DNA of 64,000 nucleotides from Neophaeotheca triangularis (Eukaryota): contig BAAIJX010000018.1 of the NCBI GenBank assembly GCA_054600435.1, positions 186,001 through 250,000 of the forward strand. Direction: 5' to 3'. The translations under genes were made by a program, and so were the position numbers. Shown piece by piece: positions 11,261 through 24,040 of the stretch. The notes under the pieces were generated by a model that was given only the letters and a program-made list of their open reading frames with translations, did not search any database and was not told the origin of the DNA. How positions within the stretch are numbered: position 1 is the first letter of the stretch; each line of letters starts with the position of its first letter.

Positions 11261-11553
11261 GGAGACTGGGATTCTGCTCTCGAGCAAGGCGGTATGTAGG
11301 AAGAGACTATGGTGTCTTTTCTGGAGATTGCTGGGAGATGACTGAAGGGGTGAAGTTTGGCGGATTCCACGCGCTCCCTGGCAGGGTTGAGGCAGGGTTG
11401 ATTGAGGGCTCTGTTGCGAGGTTACCGAGGCGGCTGGATGAACAGCTACAGGTAGTCGCTGCTAGCTGACAATAGGTGTGGAAAACGGCCAGGGGCAGCC
11501 TGTGAGAAAAAATGTTGGAATAGACCGGATTATCGCTTTCGAGCAAGGCGGTA
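11231..11553. repeat. Imperfect direct repeat (11231-11294 and 11501-11553)
   Basis: Shared blocks TGTGAGA, ATGTTGGAATAGA and TCGAGCAAGGCGGTA in the same order. Confidence 0.85.
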
Positions 11554-11586
11554 CATTTCTAATTACCGAGCACTTTCCGCCTTCTC

Positions 11587-12729
11587 CTACGGTTCACTAG
11601 ATTGAGTCCCGACCCCAGGCTCTGTAAACACAGTCCCCTTAACCGCAACACCACCCAACGGCGTCTCGGTCCAAACATCCCACTTTCCCGTCGCAACCTC
11701 CTTCCCACAAAACTTCACAGGCTCGTAACAGTACAGCGGCGCCAGGTTCCTATATTCAACACTCTTGACTACCTCTCCCTTACCCATCTTTGCAAATTCC
11801 TGCTGCAGCAACGTGATCATGAAAACATAGCTCAGCGGGCCGTGGAACAGCAGATTCCTGTGCCCCTCGACACTGCGCGAATACTCCGGATCTAGATGTA
11901 TAGCATGAGCATTGAATGTTAACGCCGAGAAGCGAAACAGCAGCTTTGCATCCGGCATGATAGTATGGCTCCAATCCGGCTGGGTATGCTGGGGTTTGAG
12001 TATCTTGGTCGTAGTCTTGGCCGCATCTGCTGCGGCCTCCTCCGTCGATCGCGAGCGTAAAAAGACGATATTGCGAGTCTCCAGGATACTGCTCTCGCCG
12101 AAGTCTTCCTCGCTATCCCGCCAAAGCCGCTGCCGCACACGGTGTTCGAGCGTTTCCTTCTCGAGGGTGTCGTCGCTCGCCGCGGCGAGTCTTTCGTGCT
12201 CGTCGCTCGTTGCGCGCGCTAGTCGCCGCTCTATCGAGACAAAGATTTTCTCCTCGGCGGGGTTGCCCTTGATGGTGACGTTGCGTATGAATTCGGCGCA
12301 GACGGCGCGGGTACTGTCGAGGACGAGGGGGTTGGCGTGGTTGTAGAGGACACGGCCGCCAGCCCACATGCGGCGGTGGAAGGGGTCACCGGGCGATTGA
12401 TCGGGGTTGGTGCCGTCGGGGAGCATGGATGAGGCGGGCTTGGTCGGCTCGAAGTAGACCAGGTGATGCGGGATGGGGAGGGGCGTGGTCGATTTGGCTG
12501 GTGGGAGGACTGGTGGGGGGGTTGTTGAGGGAAGATAATCGGCGAGCGAGGTGAAAAGGCGGTAGCTGCTTTGGGGGGACAGATCGTCGAAGATGGGTTG
12601 GATCCTGCGGCGCGGCATGCTGGTTTGAAGGTCGGCGTGGGTGGATTGGAGCCGGAGTTGGTGGTGGTGGGGGTTGAGGAGGCGGGGTCTCAGCCATTGG
12701 GCCCGGAGGCAGCGTGTGGATGTCGCCAT
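11587..12729 (-). CDS. HTD2: Mitochondrial hydroxyacyl-thioester dehydratase (HTD2 / mesaconyl-C4-CoA hydratase-like hotdog fold)
   Basis: RRMWAGG, LFRFSALTFNAHAIHLD, NLLFHGPL; Arg-rich presequence. Confidence 0.85.
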   Translation of the reverse strand: MATSTRCLRAQWLRPRLLNPHHHQLRLQSTHADLQTSMPRRRIQPIFDDLSPQSSYRLFTSLADYLPSTTPPPVLPPAKSTTPLPIPHHLVYFEPTKPASSMLPDGTNPDQSPGDPFHRRMWAGGRVLYNHANPLVLDSTRAVCAEFIRNVTIKGNPAEEKIFVSIERRLARATSDEHERLAAASDDTLEKETLEHRVRQRLWRDSEEDFGESSILETRNIVFLRSRSTEEAAADAAKTTTKILKPQHTQPDWSHTIMPDAKLLFRFSALTFNAHAIHLDPEYSRSVEGHRNLLFHGPLSYVFMITLLQQEFAKMGKGEVVKSVEYRNLAPLYCYEPVKFCGKEVATGKWDVWTETPLGGVAVKGTVFTEPGVGTQSSEP

Positions 12730-13865
12730 TGTTGGCGAAGGAGTAGGGGTAGGGGTGGAGTGGAGGAGTGTTGGTAAGACATGGTGGGAGAAGGGTGATT
12801 GAAGGATGTCTGGGTAGGACTAGACGGGCAAGACGGGATGCTCGAGGCGGTGCCGTTTGTGATGGAGCTTACCCCGGACCGGTAATACTGCGGATATAAC
12901 CTGGTCGTGAAACTCAACTTTTGACGGCGGTGCATCAACCTCACCTGTTCACGATACCTAACAATACAGTGAGTGACAGATGCTCTTATTCCGTACAACA
13001 CCTATCCACCCATGTGAGCACCTAGGCGGTCTGTATTCGGTCCAAGGAAATCATTCATCGCTCTGCTATCGAGAGCCTATGTGCTCAATTACATCCCCCT
13101 CTCCCGGCCCCCTGGTCTGCTAGGCGATGAAAAGAGGGCAGGGACTTGTCGCTGCACGGAGCTGGTGATTGAAGCTGCATACAGTGGGACATAAGATCCG
13201 TCGGACTTTATAAGGCGCTCTATGCGGCCGAGAGTCTCCAATTGATCGAAAGTAAGCCGGCCACGAGATCTCCTCGGCGCCCCTATTACGTTTCTCATTT
13301 CTGCTCTCCCTTTTTCGAAGGTCTAAGGTGCGCATTGCCTACAAAGATTGTTAGCCGTGGGCTGTGAAATCCTCATTGAACATCGTCGCCGCGAGCGCAA
13401 CGAGTCGCCAAGATCTTTTCTTTCTTTCAACATTTCCGCTTTCGTCGCTTCTTCTCCACATTCCGCACACGCCCTCTACGATACTACGCGAAAAACTTGA
13501 CATGGCCAGTCGACGACAGTGTGGCACCTTCCAAGCTGGAAGCAAACCATCATACAGACCTGACTGTTGTGATACCTTTGTGAATATGGGGTTGCTGGTA
13601 TATTATCAAACTATTCTTTGATAATTTCACTGCTGCGGGCTTGGGAGAAAGTGTCAAGGTCAAAGAACTGTCCAATGCCGGATCCGGCGTTGTCCTTTGT
13701 ATGTGGGCTGTGATGGAGGAACAAAGTACAGGCCTGTCGAAGTACTCGGGACAGTCGAGTCCAAGACCTTTCCAATGCTCACTACGCATCACAATATATA
13801 TGCAATCCCACCATCGACTCTGCGTCCATACTATTCGAGGCGACAATATACCGTGAGCACCAAAG

Positions 13866-15093
13866 ATGGATACCGGCATGGCCTTTGACCCCGCCATCGC
13901 AGGCGCGGGACTGGCGGCAGACGAGATGGATGTTGATGCACCAGCGCCCGATCTGAGCGACGGAAACAAGTTTTGCCAGGACAGAAGCAATCCCGCTCAC
14001 CCGGTGGCCCTAGATGGGACCGATGTGCCTTGCGGTCCAGGTGGAAAGGACAGCTGGGCCCTGTGTAACGTTTGCAAAGCGAAAAACGTTTGCCAGCGAT
14101 GCAACGAGGAAAACTGTACGATCCTTCAACTTCCCGACCAAGAGTCCATTTTTTGAAACGGCGGTTCACATTGGAGAGATCGCGCTCGATCCTGTCAATC
14201 ACGTCCCAACCCCACAACCTCTGTCGAATCCTGCTGCCAGCGGCATGGGAGACCGATCGATAGACGGTCCCTGGCTGGGTTTTTTGACTCGCATGTGCTC
14301 CGAGTGTCAAATGGACAAACATGAGGCCCTCGCAGCACTTCTGGATGCGAATCCAACTATGCCTGACTGGCAATACTGTCCACCTGGATTAGAGGACACG
14401 AATCCACTGTCCTTCTGGTATTGGCCCATGAACAGTAAGCTCCCTGGACCTTTGCAAGACAGCTCGGATAGCTGACCGGTTTTTCTAGCCTGCTATTGCC
14501 GCTCCACAATAGGCCTGGGCCAATGGGGCCCCTTGAGAGATCCTCCGTGCAGACCAACTGGGAGTGGAGCCAATACGACTATCTCTTGTCATGGCATCGG
14601 CAACTTGCCCCCCACGAGTATAGAATACCTTGAAAAGATCCCTGAAAAAGCTGGGCAAGATATGCCTTTGCCGATAGCTTGCTTCGACTGCCGCGCAACT
14701 ACATGGGCAGAGCGCCTCAGGTGGAGGAATCAAACCGACCGCTGGTTGCGAACGCATGTGCGCTGGGACGACGGAGACACCTATGAATGCTCCGAGAGGA
14801 CATTGCAGCGCCGCGCTTTTTGGGGCACCTGGCGCGGTTGCCCATGTGGAAACGACGTGTTTCCCCAATCGCCCGTCGAAGTCCTCTTCTGCATGGGTTG
14901 TCACGGTTATGAGCACAGGGTTTTCTTCCTTGATTCGAAGCTCATGAGCGGCGAGCACAGGCCCGAGAAGCACCGTCGAGACAGGAGTAAGGCTGCCAAA
15001 GCTGCGAATGATGCCATCGCCGCGGCTGGTCTAGGTCCTCCTCCCAAAACCCTCATCGTTCCTCGGCCTTTCAACGAGACTGCTAAGCACTGA
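13866..15093 (+). pseudogene. Cys-rich hypothetical protein gene with apparent frameshift at T6 run 14149-14154 and intron 14435-14488
   Basis: Removing one T joins ...QESIF to ETAVHIGE. Intron GTAAGC..GCTGAC..CTAG joins to TCYCRST..LRDPPC. Several CxxC/CxC pairs. Confidence 0.6.
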
Positions 15094-15471
15094 ATTTAGG
15101 GAGGGCTGGCCGGTTGTTGTTTTCTATGTGTGTTTCATTCGGAGGGGTTTCTTTATTTCCGAATCGTTCAGTCTGTACCTGCTATAGCCTGAATTATTTT
15201 TGCACTTTTTCTAGCTTACTGCTTTATCCAATCTTGGCTTCACTCGCGTCGCATAAGAACAAGAACAAGAACCCTAGTGAGTTCACTTCACTTCAATGAC
15301 AGTGGTCTGTGCTTCAAGTGTCTCATTTCCACTTCACCCTCTCATTTGCTCTCATTATTACTTCAAAACCCACAGTGTGATCCAATTCTACAATTTCCTC
15401 CTAAAGCTTTCTCAACTTCACAACCTCGACAAGACAAGCAGCCGCACCCCTTCGCCGTGATCTCTCTCACC

Positions 15472-16176
15472 ATGGCGTCAAAGAGACCTTATGCCGACAA
15501 ACCAAGCTTCCTCGACCTCCCGCGCGAGATCCGCGACCTCATCTACCGCTTCAGCCTGAACAGCCGCGGACCAAAAACCAAAAGCGACCTCATCCTCCCA
15601 AAAACCCGCCAAACCCACTTCTTCATCAACATCCACTCCCCTCTGACCCTCACCAACCGCCAAATCCATCGCGAAATCCACAACGTCGTCCAAAAAGACG
15701 TCCGAACCGGCCACAGCGACACCATCCACGCCCACATTGCCGATTGCGACTTCACCATCCTCTTCCAGCACCTCTTCAGCAAAGACCAAAACACCGGACA
15801 ACTGTCGCGGAACGCGCAAAAACTGCTGGAGAGCTTGAGAAAGGGCTGCGCGCCCCCTCCACGGACTCTGAAGATCACCTTCTCCTGCTCCGACGCTTTT
15901 GAATCCGCGGACGCCTTGTCGCGACTGAGCGAGTGGTCCGAGTGGGTCCGGGCTCACAGCGACGCCGCCGACGCGCGGTCTCGGCTGCGACTTTGCTATG
16001 CGTGGGAATCGCGAGATGCGAGGATAGCTATGCGGAAGGTTCTGCGTAGGGTGTTTGTGAGCGAGGACCAGTTGGGCGACGAGGCCGAATGGTGTGAGGG
16101 GGCCGTGGTGCTTTTGGGCGATGGTGAGCTGGAGCGCATTTGGGAGATTGCTGAGACCGGTACAAGCTGTAGGTAG
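15472..16176 (+). CDS. Hypothetical protein with N-terminal F-box-like motif
   Basis: SFLDLPREIRDLIY near the N-terminus; CACCATGG start context. Confidence 0.75.
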   Translation: MASKRPYADKPSFLDLPREIRDLIYRFSLNSRGPKTKSDLILPKTRQTHFFINIHSPLTLTNRQIHREIHNVVQKDVRTGHSDTIHAHIADCDFTILFQHLFSKDQNTGQLSRNAQKLLESLRKGCAPPPRTLKITFSCSDAFESADALSRLSEWSEWVRAHSDAADARSRLRLCYAWESRDARIAMRKVLRRVFVSEDQLGDEAEWCEGAVVLLGDGELERIWEIAETGTSCR

Positions 16177-17400
16177 CGGTTTGAGGGAGTGTGGCCGTGT
16201 GTCTTGCGGCGGTGTTTAATGGATTTGCCGAGCTGGGGGGGAGGGAGTGGAGACGGCGTGATGGTCAGCCTAGGCAGCGTTTGTTGAAGAGTCACTCGTT
16301 GGGTCAAGGTTACGTGCGAGTCACGATCTTCCCTATCGCACCATTTCGTACTCTTACCGTAGCTATTCTTACCGTAGCTACTCAAAAGATTTGGACGGTC
16401 CATGCCCAGCGCTAGCCGCGTGAACTTCACTTCACCGGCGCAGCAACTTCAGCTCCCCACACCTCACCAGATTAGATACTGTTGCACCAGACCCACATCA
16501 CCTCCAACGCATACCGACAACACGGTCATCCCGAGTGTGAATCTCCCGCCGACCGGAGGACCTCCAAGTGATCCCCACAGCTCTCCCTTGCTAAAATCGG
16601 TGCGTAGCCTCTGCCTTTGCGATATGGGTCTGTGCGTGCCTGCACGGTCAGATCGAAGACGCAGCTCTATGACGACCCGACGAGTAAATGATTTGACTGT
16701 GTCGACGAGCCATCGGGCAAAGGGTAAATGGTATCGCTATGGTTTCTCCCACCGGTGGGACTCGGACTGCCTCCTGGAAGCCGTGGATTCCAATGTCGTG
16801 AAAGTTTCGCTGGACAATGCCCCTTAGCTATCTATGATTGTGAGTGAGATCGAGAGGGGGAATAGGTTCGTTTGGCGTCTGAAGGGTACCGGGTTTTAAG
16901 ATTCTCGAACCATCGGTCCGGTTGAGCAGGCCGTCTTTTTGATCTCGGCTTCGACGTTGAAAGGCTATATGGTGCGTTTTAGTCTCCACGGAGGTCTTTT
17001 GAGACTGCGTTTGCGTGTGCTTTTTGGAGTCTGGAGACGTTGCTAGAGCGGAGGAGCAAAAGATGCACGGAGATCGCGGTGCCATTCGTGGGCTGCATGG
17101 CGTTTCCAGCTTGCCGGGCTGAAAGCGTGGCTTCGTCGTTCCAACAAGGAGGCGATACTCGAAACAGCCCTAGATTAATAGTGGCATCTGAGTGGAAGAC
17201 AGAAGACGGAAGACAGGAGTTGGCCACATGCCATCTGCCTCTAGTTAGCTTCGCGGTCCACCGAGAGGAGTGCCGAGGCTCACATTCTATACATGTCTAG
17301 CTCTGACTCTCTCTCAAACAGAACACACGGAAAGTGAAAGGGATAGATTGAAAGATGATCAAATACAAAACGCTACGTTAAAACTCCAATCCCACATCAT

Positions 17401-18436
17401 CTACAGCTTATGTTGTTCATGCTGCACGGGCTCCGCATTACTCGCCATCATACTCAGCGGCGCCAGGGTAATATTCAGCTCCAACTCCTTCGTGGCCTCA
17501 CCCCCAGGCCCCTTATGCGGTCCCATGGTGCTCGGCAGCTCTTTCAAAGGTTCGAAATCGACGACCAAGTCGTCCTTGACGGCAAACACTGTGTCCGTCT
17601 CGAGGTAGGGGTCGTCGCTCGGGTAGATTTGTGTCACCACCGGCTTGTATTCGTCGTGTGTGATCATCAGGTGGATGTGGGCGGGGCGCATGGCATGTCT
17701 GTCGAGTTGACTGAGGAGGGCGCCAGCGGGTCCGTCGGTGGGGAGGGAGTAAGCGGTGGGGCGTAGGCAGTAGAGGCGGTATTCGCCATTGGCGTCGGTT
17801 TTGAACTTGCCGCGCAGGTTGTTATCGGTTTGGTTGTCGGGGTCTTGGAAGTCGTATTTGCCGTTGCTGCTCGCTTGCCAGAAATCGAAAGTGACGTTGG
17901 GAATGGGCTTTTGTGTGGCTAGATCCCGCACGATGCCGTGCATGTATGATACTTGCCCCTCGTGGGGGTCTTGGATGACGCTTTCACCGAGTTGGCGCCA
18001 GGGGGCATTGGGGGACCAGAAGGGCCCGAGGATGGCGGCCGAGGTGGGAACGTATTCGGAGTCGCTTGTGACGTGGTTTGCGATTTCTGTGACGAGGCTA
18101 GAGAGGGGAAACGGTATTAGCGGGTTGCTGGTGGTTTTGAGGGATACCGCTGGGCTGGGCTGGGCTGCCTTACGATTCCAGACCAACAATGTCACAAAGT
18201 CTGTGCATCTCGTTCCTCTTGCCGCCGGACTCTGCGAAGAGGGCACCGGTCTTGTTTAGGAAATCAACACCGGCGTGCCATTCCTCCGGTGTGAGCTCGA
18301 CCTCCCTGGCAAAGTCGTGGATGTGCTTGACCATGCCCGCAAAGATGGTCTTCATGCGGGGGCTGGTGTTTGGCCCGCATGTGTTGATGACCAGGTCGGT
18401 AAAGTTGGGGTCGTACTTGTGCTGTTGGTGAGCCAT
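17401..18436 (-). CDS. Intradiol ring-cleavage dioxygenase (catechol/hydroxyquinol 1,2-dioxygenase); exons 18436-18174, 18097-17401 (319 aa)
   Basis: [39 protein letters not shown] Fe ligands; 76-nt GTAAGG..CTAG intron. Confidence 0.93.
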
Positions 18437-19542
18437 TGTGAGGGAGATTGACCTAGATCAAGAGGCGAGGAAGCAAAGCACTGTAGTGGCAAGGTATGCA
18501 AGGATGATACGAAGGAGGGGGGTAGTAGGAACTTTTGGACATCAGAGAGATGATACGGGTGCCTACCTGTAATAAGTACTCGATTCGATTGCCATGCGTC
18601 CCGAAAGGAAAGGCGACAGGCGGAAGTGGGCGCCATCCAACCCATGGACGTTTCCATAATACTGAACGGCAGTTTGGATCGGGCAGAGTAGTAAGGTAAG
18701 TTAGTACTTCGGCATCGAATGCGGCTCTTGAAGTCCAAAGGCAGTACTGGAGCTTCAGCAAATCAGAGCACACGCAATTGCTCCATTCACGCACGGGTCA
18801 ACGTCTTTGCGGGGAGATTACGAGCTTATCCCTTAGATATAAGGCATACCTTACCTCACACAGGTACTAGGTAAGGCATAAATCCGAACAGGGTGCGGCT
18901 ACGTACCGCGTGTAGTACTCAGGTACTAGGTATGTATGGACTACTCTACTTTGTAGTGGTGCCCGTCGTCACGCGATCCGGGTAAATCTTTTTCCTACTC
19001 TGCCATACCTAATTTATTATTCATCTACATACACACATTCGCCTCGTCTACCATTCTTCCAACAGAGAGTCGTCGAGTATATGAGCATCTCCGAGACGAC
19101 AAGGCTTTTGGCTTTTGGCTTTCGTTACATTGTTAATTGCTAGGGCCCAGAAGCAGGACAGTTCTATAAGCAGACAAGCGACTCAAACCCAGCCCTCGCT
19201 TGACGCCTCAGCTTCCGAGGGCTGACAGGAGACGACTGTACACAGTAATAGCAATAGTGTTGACCCACTAGAAGCCCGGTGATCTCACCTTCATATATCG
19301 CTTCATCTCCCACAAACCGAAACAACATCCAACACAGCCATTTGGACACAGGTAGCAATGGGATGTATGGTCTCCATCTGGCAAGGATCCGTACATTATC
19401 AGTATCGATTTCTGCTTGCAGACAAGAGGTCAACGATCACGGCAATGAACAACCTTGAGTAAATTATTCAGGCGAAAAGATCACAAACGAACGCCAGTAT
19501 GAGTTGCAATGTGTATGAAACAGCAACAGTGAATTGATGAGT

Positions 19543-20178
19543 CTAAGAGACCGCGAGCACTCTCCTTGCCTCACTCTCCATACTCTTCCAGGTCTCGGTC
19601 TGTGGACAAGGAACATCGGGAGTGTTGTACATGCCAATCGCTATTGCATGCGATGCCACCACATCCGCAGCACGGAGAATGGGAGCCAGACTGTCCCTAA
19701 TGAGCCTCTCAGACCTAGCATCGAGGAAGCCTTGGATCAGAGAGGTGAGCAGTTGAACGCTATCGTTTCGCAACCCTCGATTATCGTTGACGACTGGCGA
19801 AGTACCCCCGCCGCAATGCCATCGACCGTGTCGTTTGATCAACTTGATGTAAAACCCCACGTGACCTTGGCCACGTAGAGGACGTGGGAGCTGCCAGTGC
19901 CGGTTGAGCTGGACCGTACGCATGTGACTCAAATTTTCGTTGGTATAGATGGTAGCCCATCTCTGGACACGGTCGGCCGTGATGTACGGGTCGAACTCGA
20001 AGCTGGCCGCGAAGTAGATGGGCAAGGATTCCGAACGGAGTTGCTGACTCGCCTGGCATATGGCGGGTAGGGGCCTTGAGTTACGGGTTATGTGATGGGC
20101 ACGGCCATCGTTCAGGTCAGCTCCCAGGTGGCTGTAGATGTGGAGTCTCAGCTCGGTAGGTAATGTTAGGAGAGACAT
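19543..20178 (-). CDS. Hypothetical protein with N-terminal F-box-like motif
   Basis: MSLLTLPTELRLHIY..PAICQASQQLRSESLPIYF pattern typical of fungal F-box-like orphans. Confidence 0.8.
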   Translation of the reverse strand: MSLLTLPTELRLHIYSHLGADLNDGRAHHITRNSRPLPAICQASQQLRSESLPIYFAASFEFDPYITADRVQRWATIYTNENLSHMRTVQLNRHWQLPRPLRGQGHVGFYIKLIKRHGRWHCGGGTSPVVNDNRGLRNDSVQLLTSLIQGFLDARSERLIRDSLAPILRAADVVASHAIAIGMYNTPDVPCPQTETWKSMESEARRVLAVS

Positions 20179-20611
20179 TGATGATGGGATAGATGGGCGC
20201 TTCTGCAGAGCGGTAGGGATGTATATGGACAGGTAAGTAACTAGATCAATCGGACGAGATGCGGGCCTTTGTTAGTTTGCAGTGAACTAGTCAGCCTGGA
20301 GAGTAGTGAAAGAGAAGTCCCCTTATTGATGCCATTCAGGTTCCGTCCGAGGTACGATACCGTCAGGCAGCACTTATCGATAAGCCATCAACCCCACTTT
20401 CCACCCACCCACTTCATCGTGCACCCCTCTTTCGCCTGGGCAAAGCTTCCAGTTGTTCAAGGTTGACTTTACTACTTCCTACCTAACTTACCACCCTGAT
20501 CTGATCAACATTTCCGCTCTGTACCTTGTCTCGAAAAAAGTTGATACTTCACCTTTACCACTCTTCAACAACACACCCCCCACCCCCACATCAACAAACA
20601 CTCTCCTCACC

Positions 20612-21853
20612 ATGAAGGCCGTTGTAGCTGGAGCGTCCGGTGGTGTAAGCAACAAACACCCGGCACCCCACTTGACCCAAGAGAACGACTGCTTACCTAT
20701 TACCCTTCTTCACCTTCACTAGATCGGTCAGCCCTTGTCGCTGCTCCTCAAGTCCTGCCCGCTCGTCGACCACCTCTCCCTCTACGATGTCGTCAACACC
20801 CCCGGTGTCACCGCCGACCTGTCCCACATCTCCTCCGTCGCCAAGATCGACGGCTTCCTCCCCAAGGATGATGGAATGAAGAAGGCCTTTGAGGGTGCCG
20901 ACATTGTCGTCATCCCCGCTGGTATCCCACGTAAGAACACGCTGTAGGAATGGAGAATACTTTACAAAGAGCGGCCTCACTAAGCAAGCATACGGTCAAC
21001 AGGCAAGCCGGGCATGACCCGTGACGACCTCTTCAAGATCAACGCCGGCATCGTGCGCGACCTCGTCAAGGGCATCGCCCAGACCTGCCCTGATGCCTAC
21101 ATTCTCGTCATCTCCAACCCGGTCAACAGCACCGTCCCCATTGCTGCCGAGGTCATGAAGGAGGCTGGTGTTTTCAACCCCAAGAAGCTCTTCGGTGTCA
21201 CCACTCTTGACGTTGTGCGTGCCGAGACCTTCATCCAGAGCATTACCGGCACCAAGGACCCCTCCAAGACTGTCATTCCCGTCATTGGTGGTCACTCCGG
21301 CGAGACGATCGTCCCTCTCTTCAGCTTGGCCCAACCAGCTGTCAACGTCCCATCTGACAAGCTCGACGAGCTCACCAAGCGTAGGGCTGCACCGAGCGCA
21401 TTAACAAAAGGCATCTGCTAACTCTCAATAAGGCGTCCAATTCGGTGGTGACGAGGTCGTCAAGGCCAAGGATGGCGCTGGTTCTGCCACTCTGTCCATG
21501 GCCTACGCCGGTTACCGCTTCGCTGAGAAGGTCATGAAGGCCGCCAAGGGCGAGACTGGCATCGTCGAGCCCACCTTCGTCTACCTCCCCGGTGTCGATG
21601 GTGGCAAGGAGGTTGCCGAGGCGACCGGCTGCGAATACTTCTCTGTCCCCGTTGAGCTTGGCGTAAGTGGTCCATGCTCCGGTAGCAAGAGGTCAAGAGC
21701 TAACTCCTTTCAAAGCCAGAGGGTGTCAAGAAGGCGCACAACATTCTCGGTAACATCAACGACTACGAGAAGAACTTGCTCAAGGCCTGCACCGACGGTC
21801 TCAAGGGCAACATCACCAAGGGTATCGAGTTCGTCAAGAACCCACCCCAATAG
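20612..21853 (+). CDS. NAD malate dehydrogenase, no mitochondrial presequence; exons 20612-20644, 20723-20930, 21003-21380, 21433-21662, 21716-21853 (328 aa)
   Basis: [59 protein letters not shown]; all four introns GT..AG and spliced CDS in frame. Confidence 0.96.
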
Positions 21854-22056
21854 ATGCTTCGCGTTACGGCGGGTCACGCTCAGTAGCACCACGACCATGG
21901 GATATGACATGCATCAGCGATGGAAGAGCGTACAAAGCCTAGTAGAGTACGTAGCCGCGAGCGACGAATCTCAACGTGAAAAACCTGTTGCAGCGTCTTG
22001 CAAAATGTGTCCACCGTCTCATTGAAAAAATCCCATTCCTCGATAATGGAAACAAG

Positions 22057-24040
22057 TCAACGCCTGCCAATCTCCCTCTTCAACCTCCCAGCCGCAGTAT
22101 CCGCCTTGGGCTCCGGCCACGTATCCACAGCCTCCTCAACCTCCTGCAAAAACACATCACTATTCACCATTCCCGTCCCACCAAGCACAACCCTAACACC
22201 AGGGCTACTAGCATTAACCTGCGCCACCATCTTGGCCTCTTCATACGTCGCGCCGCCCACGACGAAAACGACAATATCCTGCGGCTTATCCTTTGTCGTC
22301 TGCGGCTGCCCGGCGCCCTCGACAAAAGGAAACTGCGCCGTGCTCAACCTGCCCTTGATCAAATCCTGCAGCGTCGCTTCCAACCGCGGCGAGTGCTGCG
22401 TGTAGACGTTTTCGACGCCGCGGATGCCCCTGTTGATGCGCGAGCGCGCTTCGGTGAAGAGGTTGGATGTCTGGAAGAGGTCGGGCAGGCCCGCCGGGCC
22501 GCTCGCCGAGGTGCTTTGGAGTTGCAGGCTGCCGGCGTAGGTCAGCAGTTTGGGGATCAGGTTTGTGCGGTTTCGGCTCAGCCCGCCGGCGACGGTTAGG
22601 AGGTCGAGCAGGGCCGGGGTCGCGTTGTTGCCGTGGTTGGCGTAGCGCAGGGCGTAGATTGCCACGAGGCGGAGTTTGTTGTCGGCCGGGACGGCGGGGT
22701 TTTGGATGAGGGATTGTAGGGTTTTGACGTCTTGGCTGTGGTTGTCGCTGCAGGCGAGAGATTGCTCGAGTTCCGAGACGTCGAGGAGGTTGTCGGTGCC
22801 GACGCGGCGGGAGAGTTCCGTCACGAGCGTGACGTGTTTGGTCACGTTGCCCGAGAGGCGCCGGAACTCGGGGTATTCTTCTACGAAGCGCTTCATGTCT
22901 TCGATGCTGTCGAGTTTTTGCCCCGAGGCTTGTTTGGACGCGAATTGCTCCACGTAGTCTTTGGCGTTTTGCCCCAGGTCGCCGAAGTTGAGGTACATGT
23001 TTTTGGCGAAGAAGGTGTCTTGGTCTTGGGAGAGGACGATTTCCTGGATTTTGTTTTTTTTAGCGTTCGTTGGAAAGGTTGTAGCTAAAGTGTATTAGAC
23101 GTACCTTGTACTCTGGTCGTACGTCTGGGACCTCGCTCAGGTTGACTTTGCCGTTGTCGATACCTAGCAGCTCATGTACCATTGCCTGGTATGTCCACTG
23201 CGTGAGCAAGGGGGTAACGGGGTCGTCTCTCCGGTCCACCAAAAGCAGAATAGGTGGTGTGTCTGGCTTTCGGAAATCGAACAGCTGCTCTTCTTGTGTG
23301 ATGCCATACCGCACCTCGGTCGCCAACTTCTTGCACAGCAAGCTGTTGCTCTCGTACCGTATCAGGGGCTTCTTCTTCAGCGCCAGTAATGTAGCCATGA
23401 CGCCTTCCGTCGTTCGCGTCAACGAGTCTTGATTCCATAGCTCGGGCGAAGTGGAGAAGAGTCGTTCCTTTGGTAGCGGTATTGAGAATAGATCGGGATT
23501 GATAACGTGGAAATCGGCAAAGTACTCCAGGATACTCTTCACCACCTCGTGATCATCCGATTCCGCCAGCCGTTCGAGCGCCGATTTCTTAAGAATGTTG
23601 CTGAAGTCTGTGTCAGTCAGAAGTCGGCCAGCATGAAGCGCGCAGGACTAGCTGAGGACATACAAATATGGTACTCTCCGTACTTGGGATCGCGGAACTC
23701 GTCAATGAGAAACTGTATGCTGTCGGAAGTGGGTCGGAGGAAGCAAAGGCAGCGCAGATGACGCATCTTTTCCCGCTCGGCATTGTCTAGGCGATCGGTG
23801 AGGTAGACGGAATGATTGAGAAGCGCAGATTGGGTGGTTGCGGATGACAAGATGGGGACCTTTTTGATATGTTCAGCCTAGCTGCTCTAGCTGCGCGCGA
23901 CGTATTGTCTCCTTTCTTCCACGTACAGTCTCGCCATCCAGCAGCAGTATCTTCATCTTTGCATTTCCTCCACTGCCTTGGCTGTCCCCGGCCGATATCA
24001 TTTTGGTGACATAGCCCGTCACGCTCTCGAAGACGTTCAT
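22057..24040 (-). CDS. VPS45: Sec1/Munc18 family protein Vps45; exons 24040-23927, 23859-23664, 23607-23105, 23043-22057 (599 aa)
   Basis: MKILLLDGET, MRHLRCLCFLRP, DRRDDPVTPLLTQWTYQAMVHEL, ENVYTQHSP, GGATYEE. Confidence 0.95.

Noticed and set aside
16352..16381. 15-nt tandem duplication TCTTACCGTAGCTA(T/C)
   Set aside because: Simple slippage duplication with no associated element.
21663..22025. Cryptic peroxisomal (PTS1) isoform of malate dehydrogenase by readthrough or alternative acceptor
   Set aside because: TAG readthrough ends ...GHAQ and the +4 CAG acceptor frame ends ...PPSH; neither is SKL-like.
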